A stretch of 64,000 nucleotides of DNA, from assembly GCA_016187225.1 (NCBI GenBank), contig JACPKC010000007.1, forward strand, positions 7,654 to 71,653, read 5' to 3'. Shown here one piece after another: positions 9,564-17,834 of the stretch. This stretch comes from Candidatus Berkelbacteria bacterium (lineage in GTDB: Bacteria; Patescibacteriota; UBA1384; JACPKC01). Made by a program: the position numbers and the translations under genes. The notes below the pieces were generated by a model. It saw only the letters and a list, made by a program, of their open reading frames with translations. It searched no databases and was not told the DNA's origin. The number at the start of each line of letters is the position of its first letter. Position 1 is the stretch's first letter.

Positions 9564-10661
9564 TTATCTTACACTTGCGCGGCGAGAGCGTGCATACGTT
9601 GCTTCATAAATCCGGATTGTTTCTTTGGCAGTGCGCTCCCAACTAAACCGGCGCGCCTGTTTTCGCCCCTTGCCAGCCAACTCACGCCGCAGAGACGCGT
9701 CGGCAATCAAACTGGTTAAAGCGCGCGCCCACGCCGAGAGATTGGTCGGCGAAAGTAAGATCCCGCCTTCACCCACCATCTCGGGCAAGGAAGAAGTGTT
9801 TGAACTCACAACCGGTGTACCACAACTCATTGCCTCCAACGGCGGCAAGCCAGCGCCCTCATAGAGAGAGGGAAAGGCAAAAATCGAGGCCGCGTTGTAA
9901 AGCAGTGGCTTATCGTGATCGTTAATATAGCCGGTAAAAACCACTGCGGACTGCAAACCAAGTTTTTCAACTAATTTAAAGAGGCCTTCGTAGTACCAGC
10001 CTTTCTGACCGGTAATCACAAGTTTCCAGCGATGCCCGACTCGTTTGCGCACCTCGGCAAAAACTTTCACCAAAAATTCCAAATTTTTACGCGGGTTAAG
10101 AGTGCCAACGTGGAGAATGAACTTATCGCCTGTTTGGTATTTAGCGCGAATACTGGTGAGGCTTTCTCGATCGCGGATCGGTTGAAAAACGCTATCGGCC
10201 GCCTCATAAATAACTGTGATTTTTGCCTCATCCAAGCCAAGAAGCTTAATCGCATCTCGTTTAGTATGTTCAGAAATGGCAATAATATGATCTGCGTAAC
10301 GGTAGGAAAACGGCATCCATTTGCCGAAATAAAGCCGCGAGCCGAGCGGGATATCGGCGCCATAGTGAATCGCGATCAGATCATGGAGCGTGACGACGAT
10401 TGGCCCCGGAAAAAGAATCGGCGCGGAAAAAGCCGGCTGATGCAAAAGATCGATTTTGAACCGACGAGCAAGTTGCGGAATTCGAACTTGATCCCACCAC
10501 CAGCGTTCGAGCGAGCGATAGTCGGCGCGTGAAATTGGAATAAGCTTTTTATACTCATTGATGCGATCAATGCGCTCAAGATTATTGACCAAATTTTCAA
10601 CGTAAAAACCAAAACCCGTCTTCTGCCCAACCGTGGTCTGCATGTCAATACCAATTTTCAT
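9564..10661 (-). CDS. GT4 glycosyltransferase
   Basis: 365 aa. YEGAGLPPLEAMSCGTPVV is the canonical GT4 EX7E region. Confidence 0.8.
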   Translation of the reverse strand: MKIGIDMQTTVGQKTGFGFYVENLVNNLERIDRINEYKKLIPISRADYRSLERWWWDQVRIPQLARRFKIDLLHQPAFSAPILFPGPIVVTLHDLIAIHYGADIPLGSRLYFGKWMPFSYRYADHIIAISEHTKRDAIKLLGLDEAKITVIYEAADSVFQPIRDRESLTSIRAKYQTGDKFILHVGTLNPRKNLEFLVKVFAEVRKRVGHRWKLVITGQKGWYYEGLFKLVEKLGLQSAVVFTGYINDHDKPLLYNAASIFAFPSLYEGAGLPPLEAMSCGTPVVSSNTSSLPEMVGEGGILLSPTNLSAWARALTSLIADASLRRELAGKGRKQARRFSWERTAKETIRIYEATYARSRRASVR

Positions 10662-10662
10662 T

Positions 10663-12123
10663 TCACACTTCTTTCTTCTTCAGGATCAAAGAAAGCATAT
10701 TTTGCGGCAGGGCGCCAGTCAGAATGCTCAAATAACCGTAAGTAATGATCGAGGCGCTTAAATTCAGAGCGAGTGGCGCCTCGCGAAGCCACCATGTGAC
10801 AACCCCCATCCCCAAGGTAGAAAGGACGATCTTGCCGAGTGAGCAGAACGCCGGCCGGAGCTTGGCGGCGCGCCAAACGATCCAACCTAACAATAACGCC
10901 ACCGCTAATTCGGTCGCAACGGTAGTGAGCGAAGCGCCGATATAAGACAAAATCGGAATCATCCCAAAATTTAGCCCGACATTCAAAATCACAAAAATCA
11001 GATTCGGCAAGATCAGGCTTCGCTGGCGCCCCATCGCAATCAGCAGATAGTTAAAAAACTGGGAGAAAAACGAGATGCCAACGGCAATGATGAGAATTTG
11101 CAATGCCGTGGCACCAGTGGCTGGCAGGGAGAGCCAGGTAATGGTGCTCGTGGTAACGTATTCAGCGCCGGCAACAAATTCAAGAATCGGTTGAGCTAAA
11201 ATCACAGTGCCGAGAATAAGCGGGAAAGCAATTAAAGCGAGGACGTCAAAAGCCTGCTGATAAAGGCGTGGCAAACGTTCATCCTGCGAAGCAAGATATT
11301 GAGTCAAAGTTGGAAAAACATTGCCGAGAAACATCGCTGGAATCGTTAGAAGAACCTCTAAAATTTTATAGGGCGCGCCGTAGATGCCAACATCAACACT
11401 TGACTGCATTAAAGACAGCATGACTGTATCGATTTTGAAATATACAACATGAAGAATCAGCACAATCCCCATTGGCCAGGCTTCGCGGATAATCTGCGAC
11501 CAAAAAGCAAGATCGAATTTCGGCTGAACGCGAACAAAATTTCGCCCTAAAACGAGGCTGGCTAAAAAATTTAGACCGTTGCCGAAAACGTACATCCAGA
11601 GAATGTCGATTAAGTCACCTTGATTGGCGATCACCCACAAAACGCCGAGCAGAATCACAACGCGACCGAGCAAATCTGTTAAAACGGCTTGATCCATGCG
11701 CAGATGGCGTTGGAAAACCCCAACAAAGGTCGAGTTGAGCGCGAGCCAGAGCCAGGCGAAAGCGATAACGCCAATGCCGAGTTTGATCGTTTCAGTGTAT
11801 TGCGGAATCAAGAGAGCGATCAGGAAACCAATCAAAAAAACAAGGATGCCGAAGATGGTTCTTAAAGTAAGAACATTCGAGATAATTTTGGCCTCATTAG
11901 CTTTTTCTTTGCTAATCTCCCGCAACATAATCCAGAAGAAGCCAAAATCTGCCAAGACGCCAAAAAACGAGACATAGGCAAAAATCGTTGTGTAGTCGCC
12001 ATAAGCGCTAACACCCAGATAGCGAGTTAATGAGGCGACAACAACAAGAGCGGTAACTGTCGAAACCACTCGGCCGATAAATTGGATCAGGGTATTAGCC
12101 GCTACTCGTTGAGCAAGAGACAT
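10663..12123 (-). CDS. MOP-superfamily polysaccharide/lipid-linked oligosaccharide flippase (Wzx/MurJ-like)
   Basis: About 14 TM helices. The start is taken at the internal Met (MSLAQRVAANTLIQFIGR) typical of Wzx N-termini. It sits directly downstream of the GT genes. Confidence 0.65.
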   Translation of the reverse strand: MSLAQRVAANTLIQFIGRVVSTVTALVVVASLTRYLGVSAYGDYTTIFAYVSFFGVLADFGFFWIMLREISKEKANEAKIISNVLTLRTIFGILVFLIGFLIALLIPQYTETIKLGIGVIAFAWLWLALNSTFVGVFQRHLRMDQAVLTDLLGRVVILLGVLWVIANQGDLIDILWMYVFGNGLNFLASLVLGRNFVRVQPKFDLAFWSQIIREAWPMGIVLILHVVYFKIDTVMLSLMQSSVDVGIYGAPYKILEVLLTIPAMFLGNVFPTLTQYLASQDERLPRLYQQAFDVLALIAFPLILGTVILAQPILEFVAGAEYVTTSTITWLSLPATGATALQILIIAVGISFFSQFFNYLLIAMGRQRSLILPNLIFVILNVGLNFGMIPILSYIGASLTTVATELAVALLLGWIVWRAAKLRPAFCSLGKIVLSTLGMGVVTWWLREAPLALNLSASIITYGYLSILTGALPQNMLSLILKKKEV

Positions 12124-12513
12124 CTTGTAGTTAGTATACAGCGTTTCTGGCGTTCCCGGCGGGATTCGCCCTGTCGGATGACAGGGCGCCATATCGATAG
12201 TTCAAGCACATTTCGCCGCCTTCGGCGGCGCAGAACCTCCCAAAATCCCAAACCGAAATGGCGAACTTTGTCAATTTCAAGTTTTTCTTTGGCGGCAAAT
12301 TCTTAAAAAAAGAGATCCCATATACAAAGACGGGATTTCAGAAAGGCAAATTTCACTATGATACAACTAATCTTCTTTCCTAACCTTATTTTCCAGGTCC
12401 CGCATTTCTTTTTCAATTTCACGCATTCGGTCGGCGTTTTCAGATCTCTCCTCCGAACTTTGGTTAGGTGCCCAAGCACAACCGAGCCATTCGTTGCGCA
12501 ACTGAATCCATTG

Positions 12514-12723
12514 CTATTTATCTCCTTCATTAGCGACGGTTACATCATACCAATGGCGGTTTGATTCGAAGTCTTGAGGATCACGACCACTAAATTCTTC
12601 AGAAGAGAGAACTTCATCAACAGAAGTTTCAAGACCATGTTCCGCGACATGAAATGTGACCGGCTTACCCTCCCCCTCTTTACGCTCTTGTGACGGCGTA
12701 CCACCTTCAAATTTTCCTGGCAT
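12514..12723 (-). CDS. Small acidic hypothetical protein (69 aa)
   Basis: Preceded by a clear AGGAGA Shine-Dalgarno 6 nt upstream of the ATG. It lies in an AT-rich spacer region with no recognisable family. Confidence 0.35.
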   Translation of the reverse strand: MPGKFEGGTPSQERKEGEGKPVTFHVAEHGLETSVDEVLSSEEFSGRDPQDFESNRHWYDVTVANEGDK

Positions 12724-13098
12724 AATTTCTCCTTTAATTAATATTTATGAATAAACTTCGACCTTGAACTCATTTCGTAATTCTCCCGAGACACAGGATA
12801 ATACAGCCGAAAATGTTCAGGGCTACGAAGCTGGAGATGGTTCGTTCGTAGCGTCGAGCGAGTTTCCTCATGTCGTTCCAAGGAATACCACTCGTAGAGA
12901 ATTATCCGACAACGGAAGGATTCATGCAATGAGTTCCTTGTATGATTATAATTGATTTAATTCAGAAATGCAGACAGCAATTATGAAAAAATTTTCTTTC
13001 CCCACAGAAATCGCCAATTGATTTTTGAGCCTAAAATTCCTTACAATTTGGCCGCTGCTTGCGGCGGCTGTGCACAAAATGGCTTGCAATTTCTTCAC

Positions 13099-13174
13099 TG
13101 GTGTTCCCGGCGGGAGTCGAACCCACAGTCTTCGGCTTCGGAGGCCGACGCTTTATCCATTAAGCTACGGGAAC
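13099..13174 (-). tRNA. tRNA-Arg (anticodon CCG), CCA encoded
   Basis: Manual fold: acceptor GTTCCCG/CGGGAAC, D-arm GCTT-AATGGATA-AAGC, anticodon arm TCGGC-CTCCGAA-GCCGA, T-arm GTGGG-TTCGACT-CCCGC, discriminator A, then CCA. Confidence 0.8.
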
Positions 13175-13275
13175 AAAAGCCGCTTCGCGCCAATAATCAA
13201 TTCCCCAATATCAATGACCAATGAGATTGGAATTTGTGATTTGGTTTTTGAATGTTCCCTGCTATCGATAAGACT

Positions 13276-13351
13276 TGGCGCGCCCGACAGGACTTGAACC
13301 TGTGACCTCCAGCTCCGCAAGCTGGCGCTCTATCCACTGAGCTACGGGCGC
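13276..13351 (-). tRNA. tRNA-Arg with apparent anticodon GCG (loop TTGCGGA), CCA encoded
   Basis: Manual fold: acceptor GCGCCCG/CGGGCGC, D-arm GCTC-AGTGGATA-GAGC, anticodon arm CCAGC-TTGCGGA-GCTGG, T-arm ACAGG-TTCAAGT-CCTGT, discriminator G, then CCA. G37 after the anticodon is consistent with a CGN decoder. Confidence 0.65.
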
Positions 13352-13814
13352 AAATTTATCTTAATAATTGATCGGCAAGTTTTCGTAGTGCCAGTTTACT
13401 TTACTAGAATTGACCATAAAGCCCTTGCCCGCGGCCGGATTGATCGCGAATTAACAATTACTTTTGTATCAGGCGTCGATCATAATGATTTAGCACCCAG
13501 CGCGCCTCTTGGTCGCGGCCAAGATCCGCTACTCATTCAATAGTGTATTGGGCATGCTTTTGAGGGTCGACGGTTTTTGGATCGGTATCCCAAAACAACG
13601 TCGGCCGAAATTTCATACTTTCATTTTAACCTGATTAAGATCAATTTTCAACTTTAGCCACAATGTGTTCAAAAGAAATTGAATTTCGTTTTAATCATCG
13701 CCATGACAATTTATTGGCAACTTTATTATCAAAGATTTCTCTTTGGAGTCTTTTGAGATCTATCATAAGTTTTGAACAAGTTGGTTGAGTAAATAATTTC
13801 GCTGAATGTAAAAC

Positions 13815-14057
13815 TTGGCGGTGAGATTTTACACTTTGCGCGAACCTTTTTTGAACGAAACGGCAACTGATTCGCTCCGCCGCCGCTCGCTGACGCTCGC
13901 CAGCCAGCAAAAAAGTTTTCTCTGCTTTTCTTTTGCGCGCGCCGGATTTTTTCTTCCTAACAGAGCAGGCGGCGGGGCTCAAACGCTCGGGCGCGGCGGA
14001 ATTCCCCCACCCCCCCTTCCGCCGCGCCCTCGCTGAGGCGGCGAAAAATTTTTGCGA
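13815..14057. repeat. Left inverted-repeat arm. Block X is 13815-13869 (55 bp) and block Y is 13954-14057 (104 bp), separated by 84 bp of non-repeated sequence.
   Basis: The reverse complement of 15933-16131 matches both blocks base-for-base. Only the spacer between the blocks differs (84 bp here, 40 bp in the right arm). Block Y contains a 13-bp-stem hairpin, GGGCGCGGCGGAA-(15-nt C-rich loop)-TTCCGCCGCGCCC. Confidence 0.85.
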
Positions 14058-14063
14058 TAAATC

Positions 14064-15047
14064 TTAGGTAGAAAGATATTTCTTTTTAAGCGAAATGGAC
14101 ATATAGCCAACGCCAATCATGGCAAGTCCCGCTATAACAAGAGCGAGAGGCCAACCTAATCCGCTTGAGAAATATTCAGAAGTGATTTTGAGAATATAGG
14201 CCATAAGAAAGAGTGTACCAAATGTAAGAAAGGCCTTACTCTTAATTTGAACGCTAAGAAATAACGCACCAAAAACGAGGCCGGGATAAATTAACTCCCA
14301 AAATACATTTTGGTTCGGCTTCCAACTTCCGAGCGTAAAAGCCGCCCCCAAAAAGCCGAGAATACCAAAGCCATAGAGAAAACCGGAAAGTGAAACACGC
14401 TCGTTTTTTGAAAAGGCATACCCTAACAACATATAAGTAATACCAGCGACTAATACACGGTATTCGTAGAATTTCCAATTGTCAAAATACGCACCGCCGC
14501 CAATCATAAAACTTGTGAAGCTGAAGAAAAGCCATGTTCCAAATAAAATACTAAACAAGGTAAAAATGTTTTTTCGGAACACAAGAAGCGACAATAAATA
14601 AGTTCCCAACATTATTCCTGAAATTAAACTTTGCGTTCCATAACTGCTGGCGTCAAAACCAGCGTTATCAAACACAACCCAAAGACCCATCGGCGTTACG
14701 AGGGCAGAAATAAGATAGAAGGCAGAGCCAACAGTTTCAGTACCTTTATTTTTGCTAAATAGTAATCCGACAAAATAGGCCGCTATGCCAGAGCCGAGCG
14801 TAGCCAAAACTTTTGTTCCAAATCCAAGTGTATGCCAATTTTGCCAAAGTAAAATTGAAATACCTAAAAAAACAATCGCGCTACCAATGTAGTATAAAAT
14901 TTCAGCGACACCGAGCTTTTTTGTCAAAACAACATCTGTTTTGATTCCGCTACCTGAATCGTAAGCCAAGTCTAATTCTTCTTTCGAAATTACTTTTTGC
15001 TCGGCGAGCGACTTTATGTATTGTAAAACTTCTTCTTTGGTTGTCAT
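14064..15047 (-). CDS. Polytopic membrane protein (hypothetical) with a ~55-aa cytoplasmic N-terminal domain
   Basis: 327 aa with about 8 TM helices. It sits in an AT-rich cassette, and its stop codon lies inside repeat block Y. Confidence 0.5.
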   Translation of the reverse strand: MTTKEEVLQYIKSLAEQKVISKEELDLAYDSGSGIKTDVVLTKKLGVAEILYYIGSAIVFLGISILLWQNWHTLGFGTKVLATLGSGIAAYFVGLLFSKNKGTETVGSAFYLISALVTPMGLWVVFDNAGFDASSYGTQSLISGIMLGTYLLSLLVFRKNIFTLFSILFGTWLFFSFTSFMIGGGAYFDNWKFYEYRVLVAGITYMLLGYAFSKNERVSLSGFLYGFGILGFLGAAFTLGSWKPNQNVFWELIYPGLVFGALFLSVQIKSKAFLTFGTLFLMAYILKITSEYFSSGLGWPLALVIAGLAMIGVGYMSISLKKKYLST

Positions 15048-15053
15048 ATATTT

Positions 15054-15584
15054 TTATTTTATCCAGCCAATAAAACGGAAATTATTATAATACGAGCTTC
15101 CGTTTAGCTGGAGATTTAATTTTTTACTTACATTATGACCTGATAAATATCGGGCATTGTAATCTGTTCCTCCCCAGAAAAACGGAAAGAAGCCACTATC
15201 CCGACTTCCATAAACCACCTCAAAATCATCGGACGATTTTACACTCGAATCAAGATTCAAGTTTTGAGCCTCTGTGAAAGAAATTTCTTTAGCCTCATTT
15301 TTGGCAACATCATAAATATACAATTTTGATTCCACTCGTGGCGGGTTGTAATTTTGATTTTCTGGTTGCTTAATCTCATTTTTTACCAACTTATCATTTT
15401 GAACAGAATACTGATGACCGCTGTTGTAGTAATAGTAGGAATCATCACCACTTACATATAAAAAATTAAAATGTGGTTTTATAAAAAGTCCGGGCAGATA
15501 AATGCTACCAGCCACGAACAAAATCATCAATATTGGAATAGAGATACCTAAAATTAAAGTTATATTTTTTTTGATTATTTCCAT
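15054..15584 (-). CDS. N-terminally anchored hypothetical protein (Tyr/Asn-rich ectodomain)
   Basis: 176 aa with a single N-terminal TM helix (ITLILGISIPILMILFVAGSIYL). The gene is AT-rich and sits 6 nt downstream of the previous gene in an operon-like arrangement. Confidence 0.45.
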   Translation of the reverse strand: MEIIKKNITLILGISIPILMILFVAGSIYLPGLFIKPHFNFLYVSGDDSYYYYNSGHQYSVQNDKLVKNEIKQPENQNYNPPRVESKLYIYDVAKNEAKEISFTEAQNLNLDSSVKSSDDFEVVYGSRDSGFFPFFWGGTDYNARYLSGHNVSKKLNLQLNGSSYYNNFRFIGWIK

Positions 15585-15643
15585 ATGTTTATATTTTACA
15601 TTATTATTTATAAAATTAAAATGCCGACAATGATAGTATATCC

Positions 15644-15841
15644 CTATTTTAATAAATCCTCCATAGGAACACCTAATGACTTGGCGATTTTTTGAATTGT
15701 TTGAACACTTGGTTTTGTAACAACGCCACCCTCAATTTTCGTAAGGGTAGAATATTTGATGTCCGCTTTCTTCGCCAAGTCGTCTTGCGTCAATCCTTGT
15801 TTTGTTCGTATTCGTTTTATGTTTTGTGATATTGTTGCCAT
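15644..15841 (-). CDS. XRE-family helix-turn-helix transcriptional regulator
   Basis: MATISQNIKRIRTKQGLTQDDLAKKADIKYSTLTKIEGG...IQKIAKSLGVPMEDLL is a textbook HTH_XRE/Cro-C1 domain. The start is taken at the internal Met, because the longer ORF begins in low-complexity sequence. Confidence 0.8.
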   Translation of the reverse strand: MATISQNIKRIRTKQGLTQDDLAKKADIKYSTLTKIEGGVVTKPSVQTIQKIAKSLGVPMEDLLK

Positions 15842-15932
15842 AATATCCAAAGTTTGATAGTATAGAGTTATGAGGTTATTTGTCCTTTGCTCACAAACTA
15901 ATGATAGCAAACTTTGTGGATTTTTACCAGTA

Positions 15933-16131
15933 ATCGCAAAAATTTTTCGCCGCCTCAGCGAGGGCGCGGCGGAAGGGGGGGTGGGGGAATTCCGCCGCGC
16001 CCGAGCGTTTGAGCCCCGCCGCCTGCTCTGTTAGGAGCAGAAGCCAGCAAAAAAGTTTTCTTTTCCTTTTAGACAGTTGCCGTTTCGTTCAAAAAAGGTT
16101 CGCGCAAAGTGTAAAATCTCACCGCCAATAG
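15933..16131. repeat. Right inverted-repeat arm. Y' is 15933-16036 and X' is 16077-16131.
   Basis: Exact reverse-complement match to 13954-14057 and 13815-13869. The outer end terminates in CCGCCAA, which is the reverse complement of TTGGCGG. Confidence 0.85.
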
Positions 16132-16243
16132 AAACTTCGCGATTTGAAAGGGTTGCTCCGCGCGGCCGCGCTCCGCAAAATGGTTTGCCGCTTCGCGGCA
16201 AAAAGGCTCACTGGGCAAAAATCAAAGACGGCGGATTTGTTTG
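16125..16243. repeat. Inverted repeat Z flanking the 5' side of the recombinase gene
   Basis: CCGCCAATAGAAACTTCGCGATTTGAAAGGGTTGCTCCGCGCGGCCGCG...GACGGCGGATTTGTT. The reverse complement of 17655-17785 is identical except for an 11-bp insertion (AGGCGGCCGCG) in the right copy. It shares the 7-bp end CCGCCAA with X'. Confidence 0.85.
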
Positions 16244-16262
16244 TTTCGTATCTAAAAACAAT

Positions 16263-17834
16263 ATGAATATCAAACCAAAATATTTTCTCTACGCTCGTAA
16301 ATCAACGGAAGATGACGACCGCCAAGTAATGAGCATTGAGGCACAACTTTTTGAATTGCGAGAATATGCGCGTAGAGAAAATTTTGAAATTCTGGAAGAA
16401 TTTCAAGAGGCGAAAAGCGCAAAGACACCGGGTAGAGAAATTTTCGGCGAAATGATGGCGAAGGTAGAAAAATCTGACGGCGTAGGAATTTTGGCGTGGC
16501 ATCCTGACCGTTTGGCTCGCAATTCCATTGACGGCGGACGCATCATTTACGCCGTAGACACGCACAAAATTATTTCTTTGCGCTTTTCGACATTTTGGTT
16601 TGAACCAACCCCGCAAGGTCTCTTTATGTTGCAAGTGGCGTTCGGACAATCTAAATATTACTCGGACAATTTGGCTGAAAATATCAAGCGAGGAATCCGC
16701 CAAAAATTGCGTCGGAAAGAGTGGCTCGGTCTCGCGCTTTTCGGTTATCAAAACAATCCGCTAAAACGCAATATTGAGCCGCACCCGACCGAAGCGCGGA
16801 TTGTGAAGTTGGCATTTGAGGAATATGCGAAAGGTGGCCACTCTTTCGTTTCTCTTGCGCAATTTTTGGCGGATCTCGGCGTTGTTTCCAAAAACCGAAC
16901 GCCACTTGCCAAAGTTTCCATCAAACGACTTCTAACAAACAAAGCATATCTTGGTTTTCTGAAACACAAGGGCGAATGGTTGGATGGAAACTTTGAACCA
17001 ATTCTTTCTCCCGCATTGTTTGAAGCCGTGCAGAAAATTTTGAAAACGAAAGAGCGGCCGCGCCATCGCCGCGCAAAACACGATTTTCCATTCACCGGAT
17101 TATTTCGTTGCGCGGAGTGCGGCAGTATGATTTCAGCACAATGGGCGGTCAATCGCTGGGGCACTAAATATCGCTATTACAGATGTTCCAAAAAACGCGG
17201 CCGCTGTTCGCAACCATATATCCAAGAATCGGAGCTGGCGCGGCAAATCAAGGCACGGCTTCAAACAATCTCGCCTTGCGACAATCTCACTGATTGGATG
17301 TTGGATAAAGTGAAAGAATGGAAACGCGAGGAAACTTCCGCATCGCAAAGCGAGTTTCAAAATCTTTCCGAAAATATCAAAATGGCAGAAGCGAAAATGG
17401 AAAAATTAGTTTCCACATATTTAGATGGCGACATTCCCAAACAAACTTATCTCAAAAAGAAAGACGAGATTTTGCTCGCTTCTGCCGTTTTGGAACAAAG
17501 GAAGAAAGATTTTGAAAACGGGAGAAAAAATTGGGTCGAACCCCTGCGGGAATGGATTTTAGATACGAAACAAGCCGATTTTTTGAGCAAATCGGAAAAT
17601 TATCACGAAATCAAAACATTTGTTCAAAAAATCGGAACGAACCCTCGGGTTCGTAACAAATCCGCCGTCTTTGATTTTTGCCCAGTGAGCCTTTTTGCCG
17701 CGAAGCGGCAAACCATTTTGCGGAGCGCGGCCGCCTCGCGGCCGCGCGGAGCAACCCTTTCAAATCGCGAAGTTTCTATTGGCGGAGACGGGAGGATTCG
17801 AACCTCCGAGAGGATTGCTCCCCTAACGCATTAG
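16263..17834 (+). CDS. Large serine recombinase (resolvase/invertase catalytic domain, recombinase domain and zinc-ribbon)
   Basis: N-terminal YARKSTEDDDRQ (catalytic Ser within the Y-x-R-x-S-T motif). A C-terminal CAECGSMISAQ...YYRCS zinc ribbon is followed by a coiled-coil region, which is typical of large serine recombinases. The start is taken at MNIKPK; the ORF track's upstream start at 16077 lies inside repeat Z. The 3' 180 nt read through repeat Z' into the tRNA-Ser gene. Confidence 0.8.
   Translation: MNIKPKYFLYARKSTEDDDRQVMSIEAQLFELREYARRENFEILEEFQEAKSAKTPGREIFGEMMAKVEKSDGVGILAWHPDRLARNSIDGGRIIYAVDTHKIISLRFSTFWFEPTPQGLFMLQVAFGQSKYYSDNLAENIKRGIRQKLRRKEWLGLALFGYQNNPLKRNIEPHPTEARIVKLAFEEYAKGGHSFVSLAQFLADLGVVSKNRTPLAKVSIKRLLTNKAYLGFLKHKGEWLDGNFEPILSPALFEAVQKILKTKERPRHRRAKHDFPFTGLFRCAECGSMISAQWAVNRWGTKYRYYRCSKKRGRCSQPYIQESELARQIKARLQTISPCDNLTDWMLDKVKEWKREETSASQSEFQNLSENIKMAEAKMEKLVSTYLDGDIPKQTYLKKKDEILLASAVLEQRKKDFENGRKNWVEPLREWILDTKQADFLSKSENYHEIKTFVQKIGTNPRVRNKSAVFDFCPVSLFAAKRQTILRSAAASRPRGATLSNREVSIGGDGRIRTSERIAPLTH
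17655..17785. repeat. Inverted repeat Z' (right copy, 131 bp including an 11-bp insertion). Its outer end, TTGGCGG, overlaps the tRNA-Ser 3' end.
   Basis: See Z. The terminal ATTGGCGG spans 17778-17785 and the tRNA-Ser CCA is encoded at 17780-17782. Confidence 0.85.

Larger units (their letters stand above)
13815..17785. mobile_element. Candidate tRNA-Ser-associated integrative/invertible element: IR-flanked cargo cassette plus IR-flanked large serine recombinase
   Basis: Three sites share the TTGGCGG core (13815, 16125-16131 inverted, 17779). The middle site is a left/right chimera of the outer two. The cargo is AT-rich relative to the flanks. A recombinase lying next to a tRNA 3' end is a classic island signature. 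Confidence 0.5.

Noticed and set aside
12303-12530. 75-aa minus-strand ORF downstream of the 69-aa small gene
   Set aside because: Different frame from its upstream neighbour, a K/R/C-rich implausible composition and no RBS. It is likely non-coding spacer.
13355-13814. 460-bp non-coding gap between the tRNA-Arg pair and the inverted-repeat element, searched for a direct repeat of the tRNA-Ser 3' end (a second att site) or a decayed gene
   Set aside because: No convincing match to the tRNA-Ser 3' end, or to TTGGCGG with flanking similarity, was found by eye. There is also no ORF with an RBS. It is left unannotated.
13815-14036. 73-aa plus-strand ORF (MAVRFYTLREPF...PPPPLPPRPR) and the mirrored ORFs at 13695-13982
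   Set aside because: It lies entirely within inverted-repeat blocks X/Y, with a Pro/Gly/Arg low-complexity translation caused by GC-rich repeat sequence. It has no RBS and is mirrored in the other repeat copy, so it is a repeat artefact rather than a gene.
16077-16262. Upstream extension of the recombinase ORF (MPFRSKKVRAKCKISPPIE...)
   Set aside because: The extension is encoded by repeat Z, and the catalytic domain begins at MNIKPKYFLYARKST. The 16077 start is therefore probably read-through of an open frame rather than the true N-terminus. I kept it only as an observation.
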